Assembly (NCBI GenBank): GCA_943788175.1
Contig: CALSPG010000001.1
Location: forward strand, 240,873-304,872
Length of the DNA: 64,000 bases
Source of the DNA: an uncultured bacterium
GTDB lineage: Bacteria; Fidelibacterota; Marinisomatia; Marinisomatales; UBA1611
Reading direction: 5' to 3'
Position 1 is the stretch's first letter; each line of letters starts with the position of its first letter. The notes below the pieces were generated by a model. It saw only the letters and a program-made list of their open reading frames with translations, was not told where the DNA came from and did no database searches. Positions 49,928 through 61,163 of this stretch are shown piece by piece. The position numbers were made by a program, and so were the translations under genes.

Positions 49928-51274
49928 TCATTTTAGATATATCATTTTGTTTGATAAGAGTGTTTTATCTACGATTAATTGATAAAAATAAACGCCCGAG
50001 CTTATTTCTTGGTCAAATTGATTTTTGGCGTTCCAATTCATTTCATAATAACCACTATGTTTAAAATCACTAATTATATTTTTAATCAAATTTCCTCTTA
50101 AATCATATATGGATAAGTCTACATTTGAATCGCGATGTAATAGAAAAACAAAATTTGTATACCCGTTAAATGGATTAGGATAATTATTCATTTCAAGTTT
50201 ATAACTTTCAGGTAAATTAATATCAATACCCAGGTAATTGGTTTTTAAAGAATTAATTAATCTTTGTTTACCATCTATAATATCATAACTAAGAGCCCAT
50301 ATCATTAAGCCGCCAATTTGATTATCTTTCACATAATCACTTTTTCGCGCAATAGAAGTAGAATCTTCTATGGTAATGATTTGGTCTTGTGTCGAATTTC
50401 GTAAATATGGTGATTGAGCTGTATTATCCCAATTATAATCCCAGCCGTTATTAATATAATGCTCATATTGATTATACAGTAGTGATGATACTTCACCTTG
50501 AAAAGACTGATTTATGTCTAAAGCATTGTATTGTTTGCCATAGAAAGCCAAACCGATATTAATCTTACTTCGAGGAATACCTCGGGTATTTGAAAGGTAA
50601 TTAAAACCAGTGCTTACTGCTCCATCGGGATCGTTCACGGGAGAAGGATATAATGGTGCATTGTGACCTGCGTGATCGGTCCAAGACCCATGGAAATCAT
50701 ATGTCATTGCATTAAAATAACTAACATTTTGGATCAATGAATTAAAATCATAATGCTGCCCAGACCAATTGGAAACAGGTACAGCCATAGATATTAACCA
50801 CTCAGGATATAGTTCATTAAATGCTTGTCTTAATTCAGCGATAAAATGACTTAAATTATTTTTTTGAGTGACACCGGTTGGATGCTCCCAATCAATGTCA
50901 ATTCCATCATAATTGTTATTTTCGCAAATACTAATGATATTATCAATAAAAATAGAACGCGCTTCTTCGGATTCGACTGATGGTGCAAATCCCCATGAAT
51001 TTCCCCAACCGCCTAAACTCAGTAAAATTTTTGCACCATGGTCATGTACAACGCTAGTAATTGATTGAGAAATCATATCATCATAGTGTAAAATATTACC
51101 CTCTTCATCAGGCCATGCGAAAGCATGATTTACATGTGTAATTACACTATAGTCTATTTCTGAAGGATGAAGATTTCCTTGAACCCATTGTGGATAATAA
51201 CCAACAACCCGTTGTGAAAAAGAAATATCAAAAACACAGGTACATAATATTATAGTAGCTAGTAATAATTTCAT
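49928..51274 (-). CDS. GH18 chitinase with a T9SS C-terminal sorting domain
   Basis: It has a signal peptide, the catalytic DGIDIDWEHP (DxxDxDxE) and the C-terminal NNYPNPFNGYTNFVF...VYFYQL...MIYLK. Confidence 0.9.
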   Translation of the reverse strand: MKLLLATIILCTCVFDISFSQRVVGYYPQWVQGNLHPSEIDYSVITHVNHAFAWPDEEGNILHYDDMISQSITSVVHDHGAKILLSLGGWGNSWGFAPSVESEEARSIFIDNIISICENNNYDGIDIDWEHPTGVTQKNNLSHFIAELRQAFNELYPEWLISMAVPVSNWSGQHYDFNSLIQNVSYFNAMTYDFHGSWTDHAGHNAPLYPSPVNDPDGAVSTGFNYLSNTRGIPRSKINIGLAFYGKQYNALDINQSFQGEVSSLLYNQYEHYINNGWDYNWDNTAQSPYLRNSTQDQIITIEDSTSIARKSDYVKDNQIGGLMIWALSYDIIDGKQRLINSLKTNYLGIDINLPESYKLEMNNYPNPFNGYTNFVFLLHRDSNVDLSIYDLRGNLIKNIISDFKHSGYYEMNWNAKNQFDQEISSGVYFYQLIVDKTLLSNKMIYLK

Positions 51275-51369
51275 TCTTAATTGAAGATTAGCGAATTTAA
51301 TATTAGATAGCTAATCTAGTTATCAAAAAAAGTAATAAATAATTAAGGAATATCTTTAAAAAGCTAAAA

Positions 51370-54300
51370 CTACTTTAGTAGTATCATTTTTTTTGAACTA
51401 TTAAACTCTTTTGTTTGTAGGGATAAAATATATACACCTGCGGGTAAAATTGAACCTAAATTATTTTCTCCGCGCCACATAATTTCTTTATATCCTGGTG
51501 ATTGAACAGAATTAACTAAAGACTTTACATTTTCACCTTTAAGGTTATATATATTTGCATTTACAATTGTTCTTATTGGTAATTCATACTGAATCTTTGT
51601 TATAGGGTTAAATGGGTTTGGATAATTCTGCTTTAACAAGAATAAATGTGGAACAGGATCGATTTCGGTATCTAGCTCTCCATTAAAACAGCTTCCAACT
51701 TCATATGTATGTGGTTCCGCGGATGTGTTCCTCTCTAAACCATTATACGAATATGTGTAATAAAACTGTATCATCTCACCTTCATTTGCATTTATTTGAA
51801 ATGGAATATTAGGGCTTACATTGTATCCTGGCGGTGTTCCCCCTGTGCTATAATAAAGAATACAAGTTGGGTTTCCCACATGCCCTTGACTTGGTATAAA
51901 AGTAAGCGTTGGGTTATTTATATCGTCAGAAAATTCATATGTATAGTCGCCATTGCCTGGACCGCCTATGCATGATGGCGCCTCAATTATTTCAATTTCA
52001 AATGAGTTTGATTCAGAAGATAAGCCATCATCGTCTGTTGCAATAACCTTGATAGTATGATACCCCAATGAAATGTTTTCCCAAAGGTATTCAAATGGTT
52101 CTTCAATTATTTCGGTAATAATTATGTCATTATCATAAAATTGAATTAATTCAATCTCTCCATCAATATCAGTCGCACTAGCAATAAGCTCTATAGAAGT
52201 TCCCTGATAATATGTCTCACTTAAATTGGATGTATTTAAGGAAACAGAAGGTGATAGGTATTCAGAATCAGAAACAAAAATATTTACGTAATCTTCTGAT
52301 GAGTGAGAATTATCATCTACAATAAGTTTAAATTTGTATGTTCCCTCTATTAATCCTGTGATATTTGTTTCTACAGTTAGTGGTGTTACTATACTTACAG
52401 TATTAGGGCCAAATATTTGAACCCATTGAAAATTTAAATTATCTGTATCAATATCTGAACTTAAGCTACCATTAAGAGTTGCAGTTGAATTTGGTAAAAT
52501 TACTAGTACATCCTCCCCTGCGTTTGATAATGGTGGGTTATAATCTAAATTTCTATTAAACGTAAAATTTAACCTACCTAGATTAAATCCACCCTGTATA
52601 AAAACAATCCTTAGAACATGTTTTCCTGTATTTAGTTCAATGTTTTGAGAATTTCCCGTTTGCCAGTTATACCAATCCCCTGTATTAGCAGCATATATAT
52701 TATCACTAACTATTTCTCCATTTATCTCAAAATGAAAAGGGCCACCTCCACCCGCAATATCTGAAGCATATCTATAGTCTAAGTCATAGTAGCCAGCGGC
52801 AAGAACATTTATCGAGTATTCAACCCATTCACCTGGCTCAATCCAGCCCAGAGTTGGTCCTTCGATATTTCCAGAGTATTCGACATCAACGTATTCATCA
52901 GTCCTATAGTCTCCTTCATTGTTAAGTGAATTATCAAAATATGAAATATTTTGGCCTAAGCCTCCTTCAAAAGCATCATATTTACCCGGTTCAATAATAC
53001 CCGGGATATTGTTTTCAGAATTGTTATAGGCTAACTGTTCCCCAACAACAATTGTAATAAAATTGGTTAATCCAAATTCAGAACCAGAAAACATTTTACC
53101 GTAAATATTATGAGTTCCCAAAGACAGATTTTGGGCTGTGAACTCAAATGGTTGTGATGTTACCTCACCAATTAGATCTCCGTTATCATAAAACTCTAAT
53201 CTTGTAATATTTTGATTTTGGGATTCAAAGCTAATTAAAGCACTACCATTTATGTATGACTGAACAAAATCTGTTTGTATTGAACCTGCTATAGCTTCTC
53301 CTCTATTTGTGCCCATGTCTTTTGGATTCACGGTTAATTGATATCCATCAGAAAAAGATACTAATAACGGTTCTTCCGTATAATTATGAGCGGCGTATGT
53401 AATCTGTCCATTCTTATTAAAACTAGCAGCAATTGGCCAGTTAGCTGTGATTTCAGACCTATATTGTCCTAATGCATTCATACTATGTAGCCAGTAATAT
53501 GTCTGAGCATCTGAGATTCCAAACTTTAAAATTCTATCTGGATTCGAATTGTAAAGTTCAATTGCAGCAGGAGCATCAATATATGAAAGGTATTTCCAAA
53601 ACACATCATGCCATAAATTTGGATTTATCTCATTGTTTAAAATCCCTGTATTGCTAGTGATCTCTGTCCATAGATTAGTAGTATATTCTAAATTATGAGA
53701 TAAATAAAAAGACCCACCATGAATTGGATACATTTCAATACCGTAGGAAGCTGCTATATCATTAGTCCAGAATGTCCCGTTGTCATATGAATTCCCCCAG
53801 ACCCTTGAGACTAAGCTATATTGTTGATTATCACCAAAGTTTCTATTGTACATATCAAACCAGTACTCATCAATAGCTGTTCTTTCTGTGGTATATAAAT
53901 AAATACCTAGGTCTCTGATCTCATCATTACCTGTAACGCTTCCCCAGTGTATTAATGAGGAATTAAACTGCATGCTTTCAGAGGTAGATTCTTGGTCATT
54001 TCCTTGAGGGAAAGTAGCAAATCCATTTGCCCAGCAGTGGCCTGCAAAAGGGCTAAAACTTCTTAAAAATGGGTAATTAGGGTCATCTCTATTAGATGAT
54101 GCAGCATCTCTCACTAAATGATTTACCATCTCACCCCATTCATCTGCCCAACCGGGATCAAATTGTTCGATAAATGATGCAGCATGAATAAAATAACCCC
54201 AATGAAAATGATGATCGTTAATATTGTTATCTTGACCATGCCCTGAAGGGTAACCAATTAATGTGGACCAAGTAGAATTATAGTAGAAAATAAAAGCAAC

Positions 54301-55518
54301 TTCAGATGAAGAAGCTGTTAACCAATCTTCTAACCTATTTTTGACTGTCACAATCATCTGATCTCTTGCTTCTGTATTACCTAATTCATGAGCTATTCTA
54401 GCGGTCTGAACTAAGCGGTTCATTACTTGGCCTTCGTTGTAAGAGTCGGTCCATGTTGCAAGTTGATTATTCTCAATTTGTGAAATTTTATTTTGTAAAT
54501 CCGCTGGATTATAACTCTCGCTATAATGGGGCAAATCTGGTAAAGTTGGAAGAATCCCGGAAAATAAATTTTTTGTACTGAAATTATTTCCATTTAACAT
54601 TTTTAGTTCACCCCTTACGCTATTATATGAATATTCATATGGATAGGGTGACTCATCAGATAAATTATTCCATTGGTGAGGAAGTAAACCTTGTAAAATA
54701 TTTTCGTATGAGCCTTCTTTAATATCTACTTCTACTAAAAAGTCAGTATAAACGACTGAGTTGTTATTATCATATGACCATTCAACAGAGGTATTTTGAG
54801 GAAAAACGTAGGCATATTTCTGTAGATCCGCGACAACTGAATTAAGGTTGCTGTAGTCTTGTGGCAGCATAGCAAGTGACCAATAATTTTGACCATTTAA
54901 GCTGGAGGTATACTTATTACCAGATTGTTGCCAAGAACTCCCGGTAGGAGCATAAATAACAAAATCTGCTCCATTTCTGGCATCCTCTATTATCATTTTT
55001 TCACTTAAAACAGTGACTTGACCTAAGTTTACTTCTATTTCAACTTCTGAATTTGTGTCTTTATTAAAATAAATAAAAGGCATGCCTACGCCAGAAGTGG
55101 CTTGGAGGGAATTATTTTCATCTGTCCAGTCTAACGTTACAGTCCAATCAGAAAAATCATATACTTTTGCTTTAGATGAGCTCAATCCAGATAGACCAAT
55201 AATTATTGGTTCTTGATCATCGTATACCCCCCATGGTAAATAACTCACAACTAAACCTTTATTTACTGTTTTAAGAGCCATCGGATAGTTAAAGAGATTA
55301 CTTACATGGTCATTTTTTATAACCGAGGACCACCAATCATTAGTTGGTATATGCTTGTTTGAAGCTGGTCCAATTGTTTGTGGTTGTCCTGATGGATAGC
55401 TATTTCTTCCGGCCTCATCAGTACCAGGAAAACTAGTCGTGTAGCTACCAGAACCGACTTGAACAACTTGTGAAAAAACAAAGTTTATTAAAAATAATAT
55501 TATAGTGTATTTAATCAT
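51370..55518 (-). CDS. GH81 endo-beta-1,3-glucanase with CBM-like and Ig/PKD-like modules and a T9SS C-terminal sorting domain
   Basis: GH81 signatures are NDHHFHWGYFIHAAS and DQESTSESMQF. CBM6-like segments follow (GWIEPGEWVEYSINV, YRYAS), then repeated Ig-like modules. The C-terminus reads QNYPNPFNPITKIQYELP...VYILSL...MILLK. Confidence 0.88.
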   Translation of the reverse strand: MIKYTIILFLINFVFSQVVQVGSGSYTTSFPGTDEAGRNSYPSGQPQTIGPASNKHIPTNDWWSSVIKNDHVSNLFNYPMALKTVNKGLVVSYLPWGVYDDQEPIIIGLSGLSSSKAKVYDFSDWTVTLDWTDENNSLQATSGVGMPFIYFNKDTNSEVEIEVNLGQVTVLSEKMIIEDARNGADFVIYAPTGSSWQQSGNKYTSSLNGQNYWSLAMLPQDYSNLNSVVADLQKYAYVFPQNTSVEWSYDNNNSVVYTDFLVEVDIKEGSYENILQGLLPHQWNNLSDESPYPYEYSYNSVRGELKMLNGNNFSTKNLFSGILPTLPDLPHYSESYNPADLQNKISQIENNQLATWTDSYNEGQVMNRLVQTARIAHELGNTEARDQMIVTVKNRLEDWLTASSSEVAFIFYYNSTWSTLIGYPSGHGQDNNINDHHFHWGYFIHAASFIEQFDPGWADEWGEMVNHLVRDAASSNRDDPNYPFLRSFSPFAGHCWANGFATFPQGNDQESTSESMQFNSSLIHWGSVTGNDEIRDLGIYLYTTERTAIDEYWFDMYNRNFGDNQQYSLVSRVWGNSYDNGTFWTNDIAASYGIEMYPIHGGSFYLSHNLEYTTNLWTEITSNTGILNNEINPNLWHDVFWKYLSYIDAPAAIELYNSNPDRILKFGISDAQTYYWLHSMNALGQYRSEITANWPIAASFNKNGQITYAAHNYTEEPLLVSFSDGYQLTVNPKDMGTNRGEAIAGSIQTDFVQSYINGSALISFESQNQNITRLEFYDNGDLIGEVTSQPFEFTAQNLSLGTHNIYGKMFSGSEFGLTNFITIVVGEQLAYNNSENNIPGIIEPGKYDAFEGGLGQNISYFDNSLNNEGDYRTDEYVDVEYSGNIEGPTLGWIEPGEWVEYSINVLAAGYYDLDYRYASDIAGGGGPFHFEINGEIVSDNIYAANTGDWYNWQTGNSQNIELNTGKHVLRIVFIQGGFNLGRLNFTFNRNLDYNPPLSNAGEDVLVILPNSTATLNGSLSSDIDTDNLNFQWVQIFGPNTVSIVTPLTVETNITGLIEGTYKFKLIVDDNSHSSEDYVNIFVSDSEYLSPSVSLNTSNLSETYYQGTSIELIASATDIDGEIELIQFYDNDIIITEIIEEPFEYLWENISLGYHTIKVIATDDDGLSSESNSFEIEIIEAPSCIGGPGNGDYTYEFSDDINNPTLTFIPSQGHVGNPTCILYYSTGGTPPGYNVSPNIPFQINANEGEMIQFYYTYSYNGLERNTSAEPHTYEVGSCFNGELDTEIDPVPHLFLLKQNYPNPFNPITKIQYELPIRTIVNANIYNLKGENVKSLVNSVQSPGYKEIMWRGENNLGSILPAGVYILSLQTKEFNSSKKMILLK

Positions 55519-55720
55519 GTTTAATTTTACTAAAATAATTAATTATTAATCGAAAACATTTTAAATACTTAACCTTGAATTATACTTTTGCATTTTGTGT
55601 TTTCAATTAAAAAAAACAAATCTTCCATAATTTTAAATACGTCCTTTAATCGTATACTGGTTTTTGTTAAACTCCCCTCCTAAAAATTTATAAATTTAAA
55701 AAAGAGACCTAAAATCAAAT

Positions 55721-57330
55721 ATGATTACTACATCTAATATTTCCATGCAATTCGGTTCGAAGCCATTATTTGAAAGTATATCCGTCGCTTTCTCTGATAA
55801 AAATAGATATGGCCTCATTGGTGCAAACGGTTCTGGAAAATCAACCTTTATGAAAATACTTACGGGTGAATTAGAACCTACCTCTGGAACCGTATCGATT
55901 GATAAAAATAAACGAGTTTCAAAACTGAGTCAAGATCAGTTTGCATATGAAGATATAAAAGTATCTGATTGTGTTATTATGGGGGCACGATTTGCTCTGG
56001 AAAATCAAAAATGAGAGAGAAAAAACTTTATAGTCTGCCTGAAATGACTGATGAGCAAGGAATGAAAGTCGCTGAATTAGAAGTTGAATTTGGGAGAGAT
56101 GGATGGATATACGGCTGAAGCGAATGCTGAGGAACTGCTCCTGGGACTTGGAATTCCAATCGAAGACCACGACAAGCCAATGAGTTCTATTGCTCCAGGT
56201 TTGAAATTACGAGTACTCTTAGCGCAAGCTCTATTTGGCGGACCCAGGCATACTACTATTGGATGAGCCGACAAACAATCTTGATATAAATACTATTCGA
56301 TGGCTTGAAAACACGTGTAAAAAAACAAAGATTGTGTTGATGATTGTCATCTCTCATGATAGGCGATTTTTAAATAGTGTATGCACAAATATGGCAGATT
56401 TAGATTACGGCGAAATAAGGGTTATTACAACGGAAACTATGATGACTTTATGATTGCAGCAACCATGGCCAGAGAAACACTTATGAACGAGAACGCAAAA
56501 AAACAAGCAAAGATAAAAGAATTACAATCATTTGTTAGTCGTTTTTCTGCAAATGCATCTAAAGCCTAAGCAAGCTACATCAAGGGCAAACCAAATAAAT
56601 AAGATAAAATTAGAAGATATATAATTCTTCTAGCAGGGTTTACCCATTTATTAGATTTAAGCAAGAACAAAAAAGTTGCATAACAAGGTGGTTGACATCG
56701 AAAACATTTCTAAGTCTTATGATGATTTAAATGTTATTAAAAAATTTAATATGACTATTAATACTGGCGATAGAATCGCTATTGTTGGTGAAAATGGAAT
56801 CGGTAAAACAACTTTACTTAAATGTATCATTGAAAGCAGTTTTTCTGATAACGGTATTATTAAATGGTCTGAAAATGCATCTATTGGCTATTTTGCGCAA
56901 AATCACAGCGATGAATTCAAAGGCGATATAAGTTTGATTGATTGGATGGCTAAATGGAGTCATAAAGATGATGATCTAGAAACTATAAGAGGCACATTAG
57001 GTCGATTATTGTTCAATCAAGATGATATTAATAAACCAATTAGTGTATTATCTGGCGGAGAACAACGTCGAATGCTAATTGGAAAAATCATCCTACAAAG
57101 GGCAAATGTCATTATATTAGATGAACCGGACTAATCACTTAGATATGGAATCAATAGAAGCCCTAAATCATGCTCTAAGTATATTTGAAGGAACAATTAT
57201 TTTTGTTTAGCCATGATAGAGAGTTTATCTCTTCTCTTTCAACTAGACTATTAGAAGTTCGAGAAGAAAAGATAGTAGAGCACAGTGGGGGGTTATGAAA
57301 GTTATAGGGACAGTATTAATGGAAGCTTAG
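55721..57330 (+). pseudogene. ybiT: ABC-F ATPase (YbiT-like), heavily disrupted
   Basis: Homologous pieces occur in changing frames: GANGSGKST (55721..), [22 protein letters not shown] and [15 protein letters not shown] (56084..), [11 protein letters not shown] and ISHDRRFLN (56235..), [15 protein letters not shown] (56381..), GENGIGKTT and LSGGEQRRM..ILDEP (56676..), and HLDMESIEALN and SHDREFISS beyond 57134. There are also in-frame stops near 56567-56690. Confidence 0.85.
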
Positions 57331-57339
57331 ATAAAAGTA

Positions 57340-57552
57340 TTAATCATGTCCTCTTTCTGAAGGATCATTTACATCTTTGCTAAAAGCAGATTTTGAACCT
57401 GTCTTATTTGTAACTATTTTTTCTTCTAGCTTTTTAGATTGGCCATCATCTTCAGTTAGACTGGTACTTGAATAGTTGTTTTTATTTTTTTTTGTTAAAG
57501 GCATATCTTTATTAAGCTGATTGTAATTCTTCCACCGCTTTTTTTTCTCCAT
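57340..57552 (-). CDS. small hydrophilic hypothetical protein (weak call)
   Basis: 70-aa Lys/Asn-rich ORF between the two disrupted genes. No motif recognised. Confidence 0.25.
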   Translation of the reverse strand: MEKKKRWKNYNQLNKDMPLTKKNKNNYSSTSLTEDDGQSKKLEEKIVTNKTGSKSAFSKDVNDPSERGHD

Positions 57553-59126
57553 TTAGATATTTGAGCAAGCCTAAAGTTAAAACTGTCACTTAAAGCTTGC
57601 CTACTAGCATCAATAATATTTTTCGAAACACCAATTGTTGACCACGACTCATCTCCATATGTGCTTTCAATCAAAACTCTAACCTTTGCGCCAGTGCCTT
57701 CTTGTTCATTTAATACGCGAACTTTATAGTCAGTTAGTCTAACATCTTTTTAAGTGCGGAAAAAAAATCGAGACAAGGCCTTGCGAAGAGCATTATTCAA
57801 AGCATCAACAGGACCATCTCCATCAGAAGCTGTGTGCTCAATATCTCCATCTACCAAGACCTTTAAAGTAGCATCAGATTTTGCGCTATCATTTTCACCA
57901 TGCGAAATATGTACGTTTGAATCTATAACAGTAAAAAAAGGACTATATTCACCAGACAGCTCTCGAATAATAAGCTCTAGAGATGCATCAGCTGCTTCAA
58001 ATTGATAGCCTTTAAACTCTAACTCTTTTACTTTAGAAATCAGTTTACCAGTAATTTCTTTGGAGTTTTTAAAGTTTATATTTAATTCATTTGCTTTAAA
58101 GCTGATATTACTTTTTCCAGAAAGGTCAGAAACAAGAACTCTTTGCTTATTTCCAACTATGTCTGGTTTTATATGTTCATACATAGAGCTATTTTTCATA
58201 ACTGCGCTAACGTGTATTCCACCTTTGTGGCGCGAATGCAGATTTGCCTATGAATGGAGCTTGAGTGTTAGGAGGCATATTCATAATATCATAGGTAAAA
58301 CTCACCAAACTGGCAAGGTTCGGTAACTTTAAGTCAGTCTTTGTAGTTACATTCATTTTTAATACTAAATTTGGTATTACTGTTGCTAAGCTAACATTTC
58401 CGCATCTTTCTCCTACGCCATTTATAGTTCCTTGAACATGTAATGCTCCTCCTGTATACTGCCGTTAGCGTATTTGCGGCAGCTAAGCCACTATCATTAT
58501 GTGAATGAATACCAATTGGCAAAGAATACCGTTCAACAACTTTTCTTGGTGACATCATAAATATTATTTGGGAGAGAGCCACCATTAGTATCACACAATA
58601 CTAGTGTATCTGCACCGCCATTTACGGCCGCATCTAACATTTCTAATGCAAATGATTCAGATTGTTGATATCCATCAAAAAAATGCTCTGCATCAAAGAG
58701 GACCCGCACTCCGTTTTTTGAAAGAAAAGCAACAGAACGCTCAATAAGTTTTGCATTATCTAGATCAGATATTCCTAGTCCATGTTTAGAATGTAGTTGC
58801 CATGTTTTACCAAATATCGTAATCACTCCAACCTCAGCTTCTAACAATGATAATAAGTTGTGGTCTCCCTCAACATTACTTAGCTTTCTAGCTGTAGAAC
58901 CGAAAGCACATATTTCTGATTGTTTTAGGTTTATGGACTTAATTTTTTTGAAGAAACTTTTATCTCTGGGATTGCTTCCAGGCCAGCCGCCTTCTATAAT
59001 GTTAATACCAAAATCATCTAATCGCTTAGCTAGTCTAATTTTATCCTCAACCGATAAATTAACGCCTTCACCTTGCGTTCCGTCCCTTAAGGTTGTGTCA
59101 AATAATTCTATTGCTTTATTTTTCAT
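57553..59126 (-). pseudogene. cimA: citramalate synthase-like (CimA/LeuA family) gene, disrupted by several frame changes; the 3' limit is approximate
   Basis: The N-terminus is intact (FDTTLRDGTQGEG, 58533..59126). PIGIHSHNDSGLAAANTL follows in another frame (58391..58594). FIGKSAFAHKGGIHVSA-type sequence around 58200-58330 is in yet another frame. The C-terminal regulatory domain (GDGPVDALNNALRKAL, 57750..58199) and LTDYKVRVLNEQEGTGAKVRVLIES come after a further shift. Confidence 0.8.
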
Positions 59127-59139
59127 TTTCTAAACCTAT

Positions 59140-59778
59140 CTAATTAAATAACCACGGAAATTTATTTTTATAATTATCTTCAAAGTTCTTTATAATGTCA
59201 ATATTCTCTAAGGTTTGGCCAATTTCATCTAGCCCTTTTATAAGGGATTCTTTTTGATAAGGATTTATTTCAAATTTAATTTCATTATAAAAATTATCAT
59301 TGACGACTTGATTGGTTAAATCAATTGTCAATTCATAGTTTTCTTTTTCTAGGCAATCATTAAAAAGAGTATTTATGTCTTTTTCACCTAGCTCTATTGG
59401 AAGAATGCCATTTTTAAAACAATTATTATAAAAAATATCAGCAAAGCTTTTAGCTATGATGGCTTTTATTCCAAAATCTTTAATAGCCCAGGCAGCATGT
59501 TCGCGGCTAGAACCACATCCGAAATTTTCTCCAGTCAATAACACAGAAGCTCTATTATGGGGCTTTTTATTTAATATAAAATTTTTATTTATACGTCTTA
59601 TAGAATGATCTTGACCGGGTTCACCCATATCTAAATATCTCCACTCATCAAATAGATTCACTCCAAATCCTTCTCTAGATATAGATTTAAGATATTGTTT
59701 CGGTATAATAGCATCTGTATCAATATTGTTTTTATCAAGTGGAGCTACAATTCCTTTGAATTTTCTGTACTTTTCCAT
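59140..59778 (-). CDS. leuD: 3-isopropylmalate dehydratase small subunit
   Basis: GENFGCGSSREHAAWA. Its start overlaps the leuC stop. Confidence 0.95.
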   Translation of the reverse strand: MEKYRKFKGIVAPLDKNNIDTDAIIPKQYLKSISREGFGVNLFDEWRYLDMGEPGQDHSIRRINKNFILNKKPHNRASVLLTGENFGCGSSREHAAWAIKDFGIKAIIAKSFADIFYNNCFKNGILPIELGEKDINTLFNDCLEKENYELTIDLTNQVVNDNFYNEIKFEINPYQKESLIKGLDEIGQTLENIDIIKNFEDNYKNKFPWLFN

Positions 59779-61160
59779 TATATGCTTTCAATATCTGTGA
59801 AATGACCAGCCACAGCAGCAGCTGCAGCCATAGCAGGACTTACAAGATGAGTACGCCCACCCTGCCCTTGTCTTCCTTCAAAATTTCGGTTGGAGGTCGA
59901 TGCACACCTTTCACCTGGATTCAGTCTATCTGCATTCATTGCGAGGCACATAGAACAGCCCGGATCTCTCCATTCAAATCCAGCTTCAAGAAATATTTTA
60001 TCCAATCCTTCTTCTTCTGCTTGTCTTTTTATTGGACCTGAGCCTGGAACTACCATTGCAAGTTTTATAGAGGTGCTAATTTTTTTATTTTTTACAACTT
60101 CTGCCGCTGATCTTAAATCTTCTATTCTACTGTTTGTACAAGATCCAATGAAAATTTTATCAAGCTTAATATTTCTGATTTTTGTTCCAGGAGCCAAGTC
60201 CATGTACTTAAGAGCTGAGGAATAAGATTTTTCTGCTCCAAGAGGAATTTCTCCATTTATATTCGTTACCATCTCTGGGGATGTTCCCCAGGTCACCATA
60301 GAACTAACATCTTCTCCATTAATATCTATAATTTTGTCAAATGATGCGTTGCTATCAGAGTTAAGTGTCTTCCAGTACTTAACTGCTTCTTCAAATTTAT
60401 TTTTTGATGGAGCATAATTTTTATTTTGTAAATAATGAATAGTTTTATCGTCTACTCCAATAAGACCTGCCCTAGCCCCAGCCTCAATAGTCATATTGCA
60501 TACTGTCATTCTTCCCTCCATAGAAAGCGACCTAATAACAGAACCGCCAAATTCAATAGAATATCCAGTTCCTCCTGCAGTGCCAATCTTACCTATTATA
60601 AATAAAATTAAATCTTTAGCTGTAATCCCATTTGATAGTTGACCATTAATATTAATTAGCATAGTCTTAGATCTTTTTTGAATTAAACACTGAGTCGCCA
60701 ATACATGCTCTACTTCAGAAGTACCGATTCCAAATGCTAATGTACCAAATGCACCATGTGTTGAGGTGTGTGAATCACCACAAACAATAGTCATTCCAGG
60801 TAATGTCAAACCTTGCTCTGGACCAATAATATGGACAATACCTTGACTAGGATCATTCATACTGAATTTTTTTACATTAAAGTTTTCGCAGTTTTCTTCA
60901 AGAGTCTCAACTTGAATTTTTGAAACGGGGTCAGTTATTCCTTTATGCCTGTTCTTTGTTGGGATATTATGATCAGGTACAGCAAAATTTGAATTGGTCC
61001 TCCAAAGCCTCCTCTTTGCAATCCTCAATCCTTCAAAAGCTTGTGGAGATGTGACTTCATGAATATAATGTCTATCTATATAAAGTAAGTCAAAACCGTT
61101 TTTATTAGATTTAACACAATGGGAATCCCAAATTTTATCGTACAGTGTTTTTGGTGTCAT
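59778..61160 (-). CDS. leuC: 3-isopropylmalate dehydratase large subunit
   Basis: Aconitase-family motifs VCGDSHT, GSCTNSR and NRNFEGRQG. Confidence 0.95.
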   Translation of the reverse strand: MTPKTLYDKIWDSHCVKSNKNGFDLLYIDRHYIHEVTSPQAFEGLRIAKRRLWRTNSNFAVPDHNIPTKNRHKGITDPVSKIQVETLEENCENFNVKKFSMNDPSQGIVHIIGPEQGLTLPGMTIVCGDSHTSTHGAFGTLAFGIGTSEVEHVLATQCLIQKRSKTMLININGQLSNGITAKDLILFIIGKIGTAGGTGYSIEFGGSVIRSLSMEGRMTVCNMTIEAGARAGLIGVDDKTIHYLQNKNYAPSKNKFEEAVKYWKTLNSDSNASFDKIIDINGEDVSSMVTWGTSPEMVTNINGEIPLGAEKSYSSALKYMDLAPGTKIRNIKLDKIFIGSCTNSRIEDLRSAAEVVKNKKISTSIKLAMVVPGSGPIKRQAEEEGLDKIFLEAGFEWRDPGCSMCLAMNADRLNPGERCASTSNRNFEGRQGQGGRTHLVSPAMAAAAAVAGHFTDIESI

Positions 61161-61163
61161 GTT

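Noticed and set aside
603-59126. Programmed ribosomal frameshifting as the cause of the split ORFs
   Set aside because: There are too many shifts per gene (five or more in the MORN and ABC-F genes), in both directions. I saw no recurring slippery heptamer or downstream structure. In-frame stop substitutions also occur in the ABC-F gene.
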